Assembly: GCA_030645735.1 (NCBI GenBank)
Contig: JAUSNP010000003.1
Coordinates: forward strand, 27,608-91,607
Direction of reading: 5' to 3'
Source of the DNA: Candidatus Moraniibacteriota bacterium
Lineage (GTDB): Bacteria > Patescibacteriota > Minisyncoccia > Moranbacterales > UBA2206
DNA: 64,000 nt
Shown: piece after piece, positions 10,608-20,742 of the stretch
Layout: each line of letters opens with the position of its first letter
Position numbering within the stretch: the stretch's first letter is position 1
Program-made: the position numbers and the translations under genes
The notes under the pieces: generated by a model
Databases searched by the model: none
What the model saw: the letters and a program-made list of their open reading frames with translations, nothing else
Told to the model about the DNA's origin: nothing

Positions 10608-10679
10608 CTCCGCGACCAGGACTCGAACCTGGAACCAATTGATTAACAGTCAACTGCTCTACCATTGAGCTATCGCGGA
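10608..10679 (-). tRNA. tRNA-Asn (GTT)
   Basis: Cloverleaf tccgcgatagctcaatggtagagc...ctGTTaa...ggttcgagtcc...tcgcggag; CCA not fully encoded. Confidence 0.96.
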
Positions 10680-10772
10680 ACTTTGCACTTTTCTAGTGAT
10701 ACAAAGGTTGAATTTTTAAAGCCTAGTCATTATACCAAACCCAGATAAAAAATCAAGTTTTGGCCTCAAATC

Positions 10773-12248
10773 CTAATAATCCTTGAGTTTCTTGATCCCA
10801 TCATGCTCTCTGATCTTTTCCAAGGCTTTGGCCTCAATCTGACGGATACGTTCGCGGGTGACGCCAAATTCTTGACCCACCTCTTCTAAGGTGTGAACTA
10901 CACCGTCTTCCAAACCAAAACGGATTTTCAAGATTTTTTGTTCACGCGGAGTCAGAGAATTCAAAACTTCGGTCACATGATCTCGCAAAAGTTTGCGGGA
11001 AGCTACATGATGTGGCATGACGGTTTCGGTGTCTTCGATGAAATCTCCCAATACACTGTCGTCATCACTGTCGCCCACTGAAGTTTCCAGAGAAACTGTT
11101 TCTTGGGAAATTTTCATAATGTGGCGAATCTTATCTACTTCAATGCCCATTTCCACGGCCACTTCTTCCGGCAATGGTTCACGTCCCAAGTCTTGAACTA
11201 GTCTTCGAGTTATCTGAGTATACTTGTTGATTGTTTCCACCATATGCACTGGAATACGAATGGTTCGAGATTGATCAGCCAACGCTCGCGTGATGGCTTG
11301 GCGAATCCACCAAGTTGCATAAGTTGAGAATTTATAACCTTTAGTATAATCAAATTTTTCTACGGCGCGGAAAAGTCCAATATTGCCTTCTTGAATCAAA
11401 TCCAACAATGACAAATTGTGTGAGCGACCCACATATTTCTTGGCGATACTCACTACCAAGCGCAAATTGGCTTCAGTCAATTTTTGCTTGGCAATTGGAT
11501 CACCTTTTTCAATTCTTTTGGCCAATGAAATTTCTTCTTCTGTTTTCAGCAAATCTACGCGTCCAATTTCTCGCAAATACATTTGGACAAGATCAGAAGA
11601 TGCTTCTTCCGGCACATCAATTTCTTTTTTCTTTCTTTTCTTGCTAACTTTTTCTTCTTCAAAATCAGACACCACTTTGTCAGTTTCCATCTTGATCATC
11701 TCATCTGACCCCAAGACGCGCACGCCCATATCCTCCAGCTTTTCATAAAGATTACCTAGGTCTTCAATGCTTTTTTCGGCATCTGGAAAAGCATGCAAAA
11801 TTTCATCTTCGGTGATGAAACCTCTTTGCTTGCCACGATAGAGCAATTCTTCAGCGATGCTTTTTTTCTTTTCTTCCTTGGCTTTGTAGGGCACTACTTG
11901 TTTGCCTTGGCTGATTTTTTTCTCAGCACGACTTTGACCAACCTTGGCAGGCTTGGTAGCCTTTTTTGGTTCCACAACTTTGATAGCTTTGATAGCTTGT
12001 TTAGCTTTGACTGGCGCTGTCACTTTTTTCACAACTTTTTTTTCTTTTTTGGCCACTTTTTTCACCACCTTGGCAGTTTTTTTCGCCACAACTTTGCTAG
12101 CCTTTTTTGCAGGCTTAGTGGTTTTTTTAATAATCTTTTTGATAATTTTTTTGGTTACTTTTTTAACGGCTTTTTTGATAGTCTTTTTCACGAGAGCTTT
12201 TTTCTTTTTATTATTTAGAGGCTTTTTGCTGATTTTCTTTTTGGCCAT
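10773..12248 (-). CDS. rpoD: Primary sigma factor RpoD with Lys-rich N-terminal extension
   Basis: [45 protein letters not shown]. Confidence 0.97.
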   Translation of the reverse strand: MAKKKISKKPLNNKKKKALVKKTIKKAVKKVTKKIIKKIIKKTTKPAKKASKVVAKKTAKVVKKVAKKEKKVVKKVTAPVKAKQAIKAIKVVEPKKATKPAKVGQSRAEKKISQGKQVVPYKAKEEKKKSIAEELLYRGKQRGFITEDEILHAFPDAEKSIEDLGNLYEKLEDMGVRVLGSDEMIKMETDKVVSDFEEEKVSKKRKKKEIDVPEEASSDLVQMYLREIGRVDLLKTEEEISLAKRIEKGDPIAKQKLTEANLRLVVSIAKKYVGRSHNLSLLDLIQEGNIGLFRAVEKFDYTKGYKFSTYATWWIRQAITRALADQSRTIRIPVHMVETINKYTQITRRLVQDLGREPLPEEVAVEMGIEVDKIRHIMKISQETVSLETSVGDSDDDSVLGDFIEDTETVMPHHVASRKLLRDHVTEVLNSLTPREQKILKIRFGLEDGVVHTLEEVGQEFGVTRERIRQIEAKALEKIREHDGIKKLKDY

Positions 12249-12258
12249 ATTTTTGCTA

Positions 12259-12370
12259 ATTTACAATTTCCAATTTTCAGTTTACAATGAATTTTCAATT
12301 ATTAAATTTTCAAAAAATAATAATTGAACATTGTAAATTTATTGTAAATTGTGAATTGATAATTGAAGAT
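12259..12370. repeat. Inverted heptamer array (ATTTWCA), two 4x7+4+2x7 arms
   Basis: atttaca atttcca attttca gtttaca atga attttca attatta ... tgaacat tgtaaat ttat tgtaaat tgtgaat tgataat tgaagat. Confidence 0.8.
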
Positions 12371-12377
12371 TTGTATA

Positions 12378-14252
12378 CTAGTTTATTGCTTTGTTTAGCA
12401 CGGCTTGTTCTGCATTGATGTTAGTGTATTCTTCACCTAAGAATTTCACGGCTAGCGCGTCAGATTTTTTTCTGGCAGCATCCAAGTCTTTTGAGATTTT
12501 ATCTAAACGACTTTTGTTAATTTCATATTTAATTTTTTGCAATCTATTTTTTGCTTCTGCCAAAGGTTTTTCGAGAACAATTTCTTCCAGACTATTGTCC
12601 AGACCGATTTTATATCGAGTTTCGAAATATATTTTTTCAGCCGCAGTTCTGTCGGATTGGGATTCAAGATTTTTAGTTAGCTCATCGAAACTAAAATGAA
12701 ACCCTCCGCCGTTTTGAATCATAACACTTAGAAGGCTATCTTTTGGAACAAAGGATAAATCCTCATTGTCCAACATTTCCTTCCAAACGTCGCTATAGAC
12801 TAGCATTAATCCAATTAGGTCTTTTGTGAGAGTTTCAATTTTGCCACTAGGGGCGAAGATCTTGCTTTCTTGCGGCAAGTCTTGTGAAGTTCTAACTACT
12901 CTATCTCTAAGACTAGCCTTTTTCAGCATATCCGTCAATATGTTCTCCTGAATATCAATTTCAGCCGCCAACTTTTTCAACCAATGGCTCTTCTCAATTT
13001 CATTGGCCAAAAAACCAATCATCTCCAAAAGTTCTTCGGAAATTATTTTTTTATCTTCAACTTTTTCCTTGTTATATTTCGAAAGCACTTTGTCAAAAAA
13101 ATATTCCATCGCCGGTCTCGCCTTCTCCACCGACTCACGCAAAATTTCTGGATTGTTCTTGGCCAAGTCAGCTGCGTCTTTGCCAGATGGCAATTGCACC
13201 ACGCGCACATTCACTTCTTTTTCAAAACACAGCTTGATGCTTTTTTTCGTGGCCAATTCACCGGCATTGTCCATATCAAAACACATATCAATTTTGTCAG
13301 CATATCTCTTGATGATGTTCAAATGTTCTTGCGTCAAAGCCGTGCCCGAAACGGCCACCGTGTTTTTGAGTCCGGCTTGATGCGCCGCAATTACATCCAT
13401 GTTGCCTTCCACTAAAAGTGCTGATTTTTGCAAACGAATTTCGTTCTTAGCGCGACTGATTCCATAGAGAATTTTGCTCTTGTGATAGACTTCGGTTTCG
13501 GGTGTGTTCACATATTTGGCTTGCGATTCATCTCCGCCTGGTGCCACACGGGCGCTATAGCCCACAACTTTGTCATTGGAATCAGCAATGGGAAACATTA
13601 TTCTATCTCTGAAACGGTCGTAGAAATTTGAAGCTACGCCAAGGTTCAACCTTGACGATGCCTGTGCGTTCTCCAAAGGTTGAACCTTTGAGTTGTTAGA
13701 ATTGTCTCTTTTCTCAACCAACAATCCTGTCTTTGCGATTTCTTCAACTGTAAAACCTTTCTTCATTAAAAATGACATTGTATTACTCCAACCATTGGGC
13801 GCATAACCCAAACGAAAATCTTTGATTGATTCATCATTGATGCCACGATCTTTCAAATATTCCAAAATTTTCTTGCCAGGCGCAGTTTGCAACAGATGGG
13901 CTTGATAGAATTTTGTGGCCATTTCCAAGATTTCCAAGGTGCGATTTTTTTCGGCCGCTTGCTTGGGATCAGTTTTTTTGAGTTCGACACCGGCCTTGTC
14001 TGCTAACAGAGTCAAAGCCCCTTTGAAATCCAAACCTTCAATATCCATCACAAAGCCAAAAATGTCGCCACCCTTCTGACAACCAAAACAATGCCAAATC
14101 TGTTTGTCTTCGCTGACCATAAAAGACGGGCTTTTTTCGTTGTGAAACGGACAATTGGCGCGCCAATTAGTGCCGGCTTTTTCCAAGCGGATATACCCTC
14201 CCAGAACATCCACGATGTTCAGACGCGATTTTATATCGTCAATATCAGACAT
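12378..14252 (-). CDS. dnaG: DNA primase
   Basis: CPFHNEKSPSF...HCFGC zinc finger, DRFRDRIMFPI, KYVNTPET, VEGNMDV, FDMDNAG. Confidence 0.97.
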   Translation of the reverse strand: MSDIDDIKSRLNIVDVLGGYIRLEKAGTNWRANCPFHNEKSPSFMVSEDKQIWHCFGCQKGGDIFGFVMDIEGLDFKGALTLLADKAGVELKKTDPKQAAEKNRTLEILEMATKFYQAHLLQTAPGKKILEYLKDRGINDESIKDFRLGYAPNGWSNTMSFLMKKGFTVEEIAKTGLLVEKRDNSNNSKVQPLENAQASSRLNLGVASNFYDRFRDRIMFPIADSNDKVVGYSARVAPGGDESQAKYVNTPETEVYHKSKILYGISRAKNEIRLQKSALLVEGNMDVIAAHQAGLKNTVAVSGTALTQEHLNIIKRYADKIDMCFDMDNAGELATKKSIKLCFEKEVNVRVVQLPSGKDAADLAKNNPEILRESVEKARPAMEYFFDKVLSKYNKEKVEDKKIISEELLEMIGFLANEIEKSHWLKKLAAEIDIQENILTDMLKKASLRDRVVRTSQDLPQESKIFAPSGKIETLTKDLIGLMLVYSDVWKEMLDNEDLSFVPKDSLLSVMIQNGGGFHFSFDELTKNLESQSDRTAAEKIYFETRYKIGLDNSLEEIVLEKPLAEAKNRLQKIKYEINKSRLDKISKDLDAARKKSDALAVKFLGEEYTNINAEQAVLNKAIN

Positions 14253-14411
14253 TTTAGTATATATTAAGGTATATACACTATATTATACTAAGAGAAATAA
14301 GGCAAAAAAATATTCAGTATCCTAATTATAATTTAAGAAAAAAATTTAATAATACAAAAGACCCTGCCAACCGTTTTCGGCTAGCAGGGTCTTACTCCTC
14401 ATTGTTCTAAA

Positions 14412-15506
14412 TTATTTGTTGCGAATGATTTCAACGACCATGTCGCCAAAACCACTCGTGGAAAGAATCTTCTCCGCGGGATAGCCACCAGCGAGTTCAT
14501 TGGTGGTATAACCCCGTTCGAAGACAGCAAAGAGAGTATCCCAAACCTCTTTGCCTTCCACTGGCAGATTGAGACATTTTTCAAACATTAGGGCAACACT
14601 GCCAATCATCGAATAGGGATTGGCGATGTTTCGGCCAGCAATGTCCGGAGCTGAACCGTGAGCCGGCTCCACATAGCCTTTATTAGGCCCAATGCAGGCC
14701 GAAGGCATCAAGCCCAACGAACCAATCACTCCGCCAGCCTGATCAGTGAGAATATCGCCCATCATGTTTTCCAGCAGACAGACGCCGTTGAACATGCTCG
14801 GATTGATTACCAACTGATAGGCAGCGTTATCAACCAGCACCGATTGATACGGCACTTCGGGATAATCCTTGGCCACTTCCTCAACCACTGCGTTCCAGAA
14901 GCGCGAGGTGGCCAAGACATTGGCCTTGTGAATGTTGATCATCTTACATTTCCGTTTTCGCGCCTCATCGAAAGCGACCAGCGCCACCCGACGTACCTGT
15001 TCTTCGGTGTAACAACAGTCATCCACTGCATACTGCATGTGGGTAGTTGGTCCCTCAACTTTTCCCCCAAAATAAATGCCGCCGACTAATTCCCGAATCA
15101 TCAGAATATCGATGCCGTCACCGAGATTCTCCGGCTTGAGCGGTGAAAAATGAGACAACGCCTTTGGCAATCTGACGGGCCGGTAATTGGCAAAAGTGTC
15201 ATAGCGCTGGCGCAGGGGTAGGATGGCACCGACTTCAGGCCGGTACTGCTGAGGAATCTCGTTCATCCGCTCAACCGCCAAACCGACCGGCCCCTTCATA
15301 ATTACATCGGCCCGATCGCAAACCACTTTGGTCTTCTCCGGGAAGGGCGAGCCCTCACTGAAGTAGGCACCGGCTCCGAAAGGCGCGAATTCCAAAGTGA
15401 ACTGATGGCCGTATTTTTCCTCAACTGCCTTCAGTACCTTTAAGGCCTCGCGCATGATTTCCGGACCAATCCCGTCTCCTTCCAGAACTGCTATCATACT
15501 CTTCAC
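14412..15506 (-). CDS. leuB: 3-isopropylmalate dehydrogenase (beta-decarboxylating dehydrogenase family)
   Basis: EGDGIGPE, RELVGGIYFG, HKANVL, NMMGDILTD, EPAHGSAPDIAG; GTG start after aaggagg. Confidence 0.85.
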   Translation of the reverse strand: MKSMIAVLEGDGIGPEIMREALKVLKAVEEKYGHQFTLEFAPFGAGAYFSEGSPFPEKTKVVCDRADVIMKGPVGLAVERMNEIPQQYRPEVGAILPLRQRYDTFANYRPVRLPKALSHFSPLKPENLGDGIDILMIRELVGGIYFGGKVEGPTTHMQYAVDDCCYTEEQVRRVALVAFDEARKRKCKMINIHKANVLATSRFWNAVVEEVAKDYPEVPYQSVLVDNAAYQLVINPSMFNGVCLLENMMGDILTDQAGGVIGSLGLMPSACIGPNKGYVEPAHGSAPDIAGRNIANPYSMIGSVALMFEKCLNLPVEGKEVWDTLFAVFERGYTTNELAGGYPAEKILSTSGFGDMVVEIIRNK

Positions 15507-15723
15507 TTGTACACCTCCTTTTGTTAAAGTATCGACTAAACCACAGTTTAAATAACAACTAAGCAATTTGCTTAGTTAAATAATGTATCAAAACGACGCA
15601 TCAGTGTCAATTTATTTTACAATTTAAAAAACACGTTGTTTGCGTGTTTTCCTTGATATAGATACTTAATATTCTCTTGCTTATATTATGCTACCCATAT
15701 ACTAACAGCGTATGGGCAGTAAA

Positions 15724-16572
15724 TCAATTGCCTATCTTTCTAACTTTTCCACCATGCAACATTTTTGCATTTTTATTTGTAATAACTTTCTTACCTGTTT
15801 TAGTTTCAATGTCTTTACGTGCATTGCCCGCTATGCCCCCACCTTCCCGCGCTACAATCTTGTTTTCATCTAAATTCTTTGGTTCACGAGTTTCAGAAAT
15901 TTCAGTGGTGGCTGTTTCGGCCAACATATTCAAAACCAATTCCAGATTAGTCATATTGTCACGCAAATTTTCTTTCTTGAGATTTTTATAGCTTTTGTAT
16001 TCTTTAGTTGTCATGCCCGCCCATGCCTGTGTGATTTCATTGGTCAAAATTGCAAACTCCAAGCCCTCTTTGACGCCTCGTTTTTCCCACTCATCTGTCA
16101 AAGATTTGCGAATTTCAATGCTCTTCAATCGTTGATTCACCCATTCTGGAGAATAGCCTTTTTGCAAATATGTTTTGAGAGCGCGATTGATTGCCAGTTC
16201 AGGATCAGCCATTTCCTCCAATCTTTCATAACCCACGCGTGCCAACCATAATTTGAATGGCTCTGCATTGGGTGAAGGAATAGATTGGATGAGACGCAAT
16301 AATGTTTCTGTATCAGCAACATCAGTGAGGCGCATTTTTCCATCTTGAGCAATCATTTTCAAACCGTTACATTTTGTAACGGTTTCATTTGAACCTTCAT
16401 CAATTAAACGCTTTTTAAGAACGCGCCAATATACTTGAGGATTATCACTATTTGTCAAAATTGAAATTACATCAACCACTGAAAAATACCACAATTCCTT
16501 TTCGCCATCCCACTGTCGACGGATTTCATTGCCTTCAAAAATTGCAACGACTTTTGTTTTTATTTTTTTCAT
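15724..16572 (-). CDS. Bro-N domain / phage antirepressor-like protein (paralog 1)
   Basis: WYFSVVDV, LRLIQSIPSPNAEPFKLWLA, NLRDNM, GGIAGNAR. Confidence 0.85.
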   Translation of the reverse strand: MKKIKTKVVAIFEGNEIRRQWDGEKELWYFSVVDVISILTNSDNPQVYWRVLKKRLIDEGSNETVTKCNGLKMIAQDGKMRLTDVADTETLLRLIQSIPSPNAEPFKLWLARVGYERLEEMADPELAINRALKTYLQKGYSPEWVNQRLKSIEIRKSLTDEWEKRGVKEGLEFAILTNEITQAWAGMTTKEYKSYKNLKKENLRDNMTNLELVLNMLAETATTEISETREPKNLDENKIVAREGGGIAGNARKDIETKTGKKVITNKNAKMLHGGKVRKIGN

Positions 16573-16599
16573 ACTATTTTTTTGAAAAATTAGACTCAC

Positions 16600-16633
16600 A
16601 GTGATATTATATCATCTATCCATAGCCTGTCAA
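16600..16633 (-). promoter_or_regulatory. Sigma70-type promoter with palindromic operator over the -10 box
   Basis: TTGACA-N16-TATAAT; agtgatattatatcatc. Confidence 0.7.
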
Positions 16634-16677
16634 TACACCTACGAAAAAACAGCCCAAAAGCTGTTTTGTTCATTTAT

Positions 16678-16765
16678 TGGCGGAAGAGGAGAGATTCGAA
16701 CTCTCGGTGAGTTTCCCCACACACGCTTTCCAAGCGTGCGCACTAGGCCACTATGCGACTCTTCC
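16678..16765 (-). tRNA. tRNA-Ser (GGA)
   Basis: ggaagagtcgcatagtggcctagtgcg cacgc ttGGAaa gcgtg, long variable arm, gttcgaatc, encoded CCA. Confidence 0.96.
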
Positions 16766-16776
16766 AGATTGTCACT

Positions 16777-16877
16777 TTAGCATATTAACATATTATCACG
16801 CCAGCATGCTAACAAAAAAGCATATTAACAAAAATAGATTTTTGCTAATATGCTAAAATGCTAGCATGTTACTATGT
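16777..16877. repeat. Inverted octamer array (TTAGCATA / TATGCTAA)
   Basis: ttagcata ttaacata ttatcacg ccagcatg ... tttgctaa tatgctaa aatgctag catgttac. Confidence 0.7.
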
Positions 16878-16878
16878 T

Positions 16879-18288
16879 TTATTCAACTATACGAATCCCA
16901 ACTAGCGCAATATCTTTGCCGCCTGGGACTCGTCCCAAGATGACCACTACTTTGTCTCCAGAAACCAAACGACCAGCGGCTTTGTTGAGTTCAATCATGG
17001 TGGTCACCAATTCTTCGCGATCTTGAGTTTCAAACAGATAGGCGCGGGCACCCCAAACGATGGCCATCTGATTGTAGGTCTTGGGATTGTGTGTGCCAAC
17101 CAGCATCATTTGCTCTGGTCGATGGTGCGCCATCATGCGCGCTGAGACCCCTGATTCACTGAAAAGCACGATGGCCTTGGCGCCAGCATTCATAGCCATC
17201 TCATGTGCACTGTGCATGATTGAGGCATAATCACTGTGCACAAAATTATCTTGGAAATGATCATTGATATCATCATAAGGTGATTCTTCCGTGTCAGTGA
17301 TGATTTGGGTCATAGTTTCCACCGCTTCGATTGGATATTTGCCATTGGCGCTTTCCCCCGACAACATCACCGCATCGGTGTGGTCAATGACCGCATTGGT
17401 CACATCTGACACTTCCGCGCGAGTTGGAATGGGATTGGTTATCATCGAATCTAACATTTGCGTGGCCACAATCACTGTCTTGGCTGCCGTCAAACACTTG
17501 GCAATGATTTCTTTTTGATACAAAATCACTTTGCTTTCAGCCAGTTCAATTCCCAAATCACCTCGTGCCACCATCACCACATCCGTGGCGGCAATAATTT
17601 CGTCGATATTATCAATCGCCTCTTTTCGCTCCACTTTCACAATGATTTGTGGCAAACTATCTTTTCTACCAAGAATTTTCTTGATCTGTTCACGGGTTTC
17701 CAAAACTTCTTGCGCATTGCTCACAAAAGACAAAGCAATGAAATCAACTTCTTCTCCCAAAGCAAATTCCAAATCTTTCTGATCTTTGTCTGTCACTGCG
17801 CCAAAAGGAACTTTTGTATCTGGCACATTAATACCTTTCCTTGGCTTGATTGTTCCACCATTTAAAACTTCAGCTCTGACACAATTTTCCAATTTCTCAA
17901 CAACTTTCAAGCGCATCACACCATCTTCAACCATAATCCGTTCACCCACTTGCAAAGCGGCAGCTACTCGATCAGAATCAATAATCATTTCTTTTTCCTC
18001 AGTAGTCTTTTGATCACTCACAAAAATTGTTTCGCCTTTTTCAATTTCAAAAGGCTCAGTGTTGCCCACCCGAATTCTTGGTCCTTGCAAATCAGCAATG
18101 ATACCTAACGGTCGCTTGATTTCTTTACGTAAGTCCTTAGCTAAATCAATAATTTTTTTGTGTGATTCATGCGTACCATGAGAAAAGTTCAAGCGAAAAA
18201 CATTCACACCCGCTTCCACAATTTTTTTCATATTTTCCTTGCTGTCTGAAGCTGGTCCGATAGTGGCAACTATTCTAGTTTTTTTCAT
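16879..18288 (-). CDS. pyk: Pyruvate kinase
   Basis: TIGPAS, RLNFSHG, DLQGPRIR, MVARGDLG, ATQMLDSM, MLSGESA. Confidence 0.97.
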   Translation of the reverse strand: MKKTRIVATIGPASDSKENMKKIVEAGVNVFRLNFSHGTHESHKKIIDLAKDLRKEIKRPLGIIADLQGPRIRVGNTEPFEIEKGETIFVSDQKTTEEKEMIIDSDRVAAALQVGERIMVEDGVMRLKVVEKLENCVRAEVLNGGTIKPRKGINVPDTKVPFGAVTDKDQKDLEFALGEEVDFIALSFVSNAQEVLETREQIKKILGRKDSLPQIIVKVERKEAIDNIDEIIAATDVVMVARGDLGIELAESKVILYQKEIIAKCLTAAKTVIVATQMLDSMITNPIPTRAEVSDVTNAVIDHTDAVMLSGESANGKYPIEAVETMTQIITDTEESPYDDINDHFQDNFVHSDYASIMHSAHEMAMNAGAKAIVLFSESGVSARMMAHHRPEQMMLVGTHNPKTYNQMAIVWGARAYLFETQDREELVTTMIELNKAAGRLVSGDKVVVILGRVPGGKDIALVGIRIVE

Positions 18289-18385
18289 AAAATTTTATTT
18301 ACTTCTTTTATCAGTCTATATAATCGCACATAAAATAAAAACAGGCAACATCATAGTCGCCTGTTTTTATTTTATCGAATTGTAA

Positions 18386-18895
18386 CTAGTTTTTATACAT
18401 ATCCTTCACTTGGAATAGAATATACCATCCGATGATTGTGCCAATAATTGTGCCGACGATACCATGTACCGCAAGGATACCTCCGATCAAGCTGACAATA
18501 CTAGCATAGAAAAGCAATTTCCATGCGCCTTTAGTCCGTTTGAACAATCCTGGCACAGCAATGATTTCCATAACCACAGTAATAACTGCCACAGCAAGGG
18601 AAACGATTGTAGCGAAACCCCAGCCATATCCATAACCATAGCCATAGTAGCCATAGCCACCCATCATTGAAAATGGAGTCAGAACAGCGGTCAAACCGAT
18701 TGCAGCCAAAATAACTGGCAAGCCCATAACCGCAAAAATGATAATCAGATAGGGTGAAACTTTGACGATGAATTCCTTCACTTCTTTTGGCAAAGCAAAA
18801 GGAGCTTTTTTCACCATATATTCATCCAGCATAGCCTCCAATTGATTGGTGGCAGCTGCAGCCGTTTTTTCTGTTTCTTTTGTTTCTTCTGTCAT
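18386..18895 (-). CDS. Membrane protein of unknown function
   Basis: Four hydrophobic helices and a GY-rich loop. Confidence 0.75.
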   Translation of the reverse strand: MTEETKETEKTAAAATNQLEAMLDEYMVKKAPFALPKEVKEFIVKVSPYLIIIFAVMGLPVILAAIGLTAVLTPFSMMGGYGYYGYGYGYGWGFATIVSLAVAVITVVMEIIAVPGLFKRTKGAWKLLFYASIVSLIGGILAVHGIVGTIIGTIIGWYILFQVKDMYKN

Positions 18896-18976
18896 ATATA
18901 ACACCTGCCTTTCTAGTTTAAATATATAGATTTTCTAATTTCATTATATCACATATCCGGTTTTTGCCGTTATCCA

Positions 18977-19405
18977 CTATTCCCTGTTGCTTTCCACGAT
19001 TTCCCGCAGAATTTCTTCAGGAATTGGATTGTGCTCCGGACTCACCCCTGGATAGCGCCAGGCGCTGATGATTTTGATTTTGGACGGATTCAGAATCTTT
19101 TGCAAATTGTGAAAATGCAAATTTTGAATTTCATTGGCAATTTTGACTTTGGATTTTTTCTCCTTCTTAGTCTGATACATTGCCCAAATCTCCGTCTTCC
19201 AACTCATCTTGCCTTTGGCATCCATCTTCACTGACACGGGCTGCATCACGGCAATGGTGTTTTTCACAATACCCTCTTCTTTTCTCTTGGGCCGTTTCAC
19301 AATGCCCAGAACTTTCTGTTCGCTCAAACCATAAAACTTCATTTTCTCAATTGAATGAAGTGTCCACTGATATCGATCATTATTTTTTGGAAGTTTGAAT
19401 TGCAT
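18977..19405 (-). CDS. Hypothetical protein, possible DUF4258/RelE-BrnT-like fold
   Basis: WTLHSIEKM...EIWAMYQ...IISAWRYPG pattern. Confidence 0.6.
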   Translation of the reverse strand: MQFKLPKNNDRYQWTLHSIEKMKFYGLSEQKVLGIVKRPKRKEEGIVKNTIAVMQPVSVKMDAKGKMSWKTEIWAMYQTKKEKKSKVKIANEIQNLHFHNLQKILNPSKIKIISAWRYPGVSPEHNPIPEEILREIVESNRE

Positions 19406-19409
19406 AAAA

Positions 19410-20156
19410 TTATCTTTTCCAAATCAAATTAAAAATATTTCTTTGCAAATCTGCAATAGCTTTGTCTTCTATAATCACACCGACTAAATTTTTGAAAGAA
19501 ATCATAGCGACTGTATCATCCACAATCAACAAATCTGTTTCAAACTTGAAACCCTCAGGCAATAGCTTGTTTTTCACAAAAGCATTATATTCTTTTTGTT
19601 TCAATCGTTCAACAGCCTTGTCTGATTTTTCAACTAGATTTCGCAAAATTCCTCCATTGTTATACAGCTTCATCAGCAATTCATGATTTTCTTTCATAGA
19701 AAATAATTTGAAAAAACTAGCAGGTGAAAAAATGGAATAAACATCTTTATGAGTGTTTAGCATTTCTTCATAGACTTTTCTGATTCCTTCCTTGCCTTCA
19801 TAAAAACTGACATTTGGCTTGTTGAACGACAATGAATATAAAAATTCCAACTCGGGAATAATTTTTTCTACTTTTAGTTTCTTATTTTCGAGTTCATTTT
19901 TTCTCCTATCAATCAATTTCATGATTTTTTTTGGATCTTCGGCACAATAGGCTATTCTTTTTTTATAAGCCGTCTTGTAGATCAATCCTTTTCCCAAAAG
20001 ACTTTCAATATACTCATACACAGTCGTTCTTTTCATTTTAGCCTTGCGTGCAACATCAGAAATAGTGCTTTTGCCAAGCACCAAAACAGCCAAATATACT
20101 TCAACTTCTCTTTTCGACAAATCTAGGTCAGCTAGTTTTTCTTTTAATCTATCCAT
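19410..20156 (-). CDS. TrmB-family HTH transcriptional regulator (1)
   Basis: LSKREVEVYLAVL...RTTVYEYIESLLGKGL, FYEGKEGI. Confidence 0.88.
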   Translation of the reverse strand: MDRLKEKLADLDLSKREVEVYLAVLVLGKSTISDVARKAKMKRTTVYEYIESLLGKGLIYKTAYKKRIAYCAEDPKKIMKLIDRRKNELENKKLKVEKIIPELEFLYSLSFNKPNVSFYEGKEGIRKVYEEMLNTHKDVYSIFSPASFFKLFSMKENHELLMKLYNNGGILRNLVEKSDKAVERLKQKEYNAFVKNKLLPEGFKFETDLLIVDDTVAMISFKNLVGVIIEDKAIADLQRNIFNLIWKR

Positions 20157-20359
20157 AAATACAATCTATACCTAACTCTACAAAGTGTCAACTTTTTTCG
20201 TCATATAAAATAAACCGGTCATAAAATATAGCCATAATAAAGCAATTACATCTAATTTTATTGTGTAATAGTAGCGCATATCTATAGCATTTGTATAATA
20301 AACTATTCTTTAACAACAGCTTATAAAAGATGCCTTTAAAAAAACATTGGGAGAATTTT

Positions 20360-20551
20360 ATGCAAAAGATAGAACCGTTTTGGCTCATATTACCATCCCT
20401 TGCAATAGCCGCATTAATAGTAAATGCAATAGATGCCATTTATCCACTCACTAAGGATAATTGGGACTATATTTGTATACCAGTATATGTAGTAGTTCGA
20501 ATAATATTTGCTGCATGGAGAATGCCAAAAACTACAAGGAGACCGCTATGA
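20360..20551 (+). CDS. Small 2-TM protein
   Basis: SD gggag; MQKIEPFWLILPSLAIAALIV; ATGA overlap with the next ORF. Confidence 0.6.
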   Translation: MQKIEPFWLILPSLAIAALIVNAIDAIYPLTKDNWDYICIPVYVVVRIIFAAWRMPKTTRRPL

Positions 20552-20742
20552 TTGCAAAGCTGATTGCAGGAACCGTAATAGCCATGTTTATCTTTATGTA
20601 TGGATGGTTAGAAACAGGCGTGGCACTGAAAACAGCTACGGGAATATACAGCGGCTGGTCAGCATTATCACTAGGTATTCTCATTGGCACTTGGTGTCCA
20701 TTCTTTTTAAAAAAAATTAAAATGGAAGGGGGTCGTTTATGA
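20548..20742 (+). CDS. Small 2-TM protein
   Basis: SD aaggag; MIAKLIAGTVIAMFIF; ATGA overlaps at both ends. Confidence 0.6.
   Translation: MIAKLIAGTVIAMFIFMYGWLETGVALKTATGIYSGWSALSLGILIGTWCPFFLKKIKMEGGRL

Noticed and set aside
11793-12327. Plus-strand Phe/Leu-rich ORFs that look like membrane proteins
   Set aside because: Antisense shadows of the Lys-rich rpoD N-terminus
18636-18662. (ccatag)n hexamer run encoding GYGYYGYGYG
   Set aside because: Explained by a low-complexity Gly-Tyr loop; period 6 is codon-compatible
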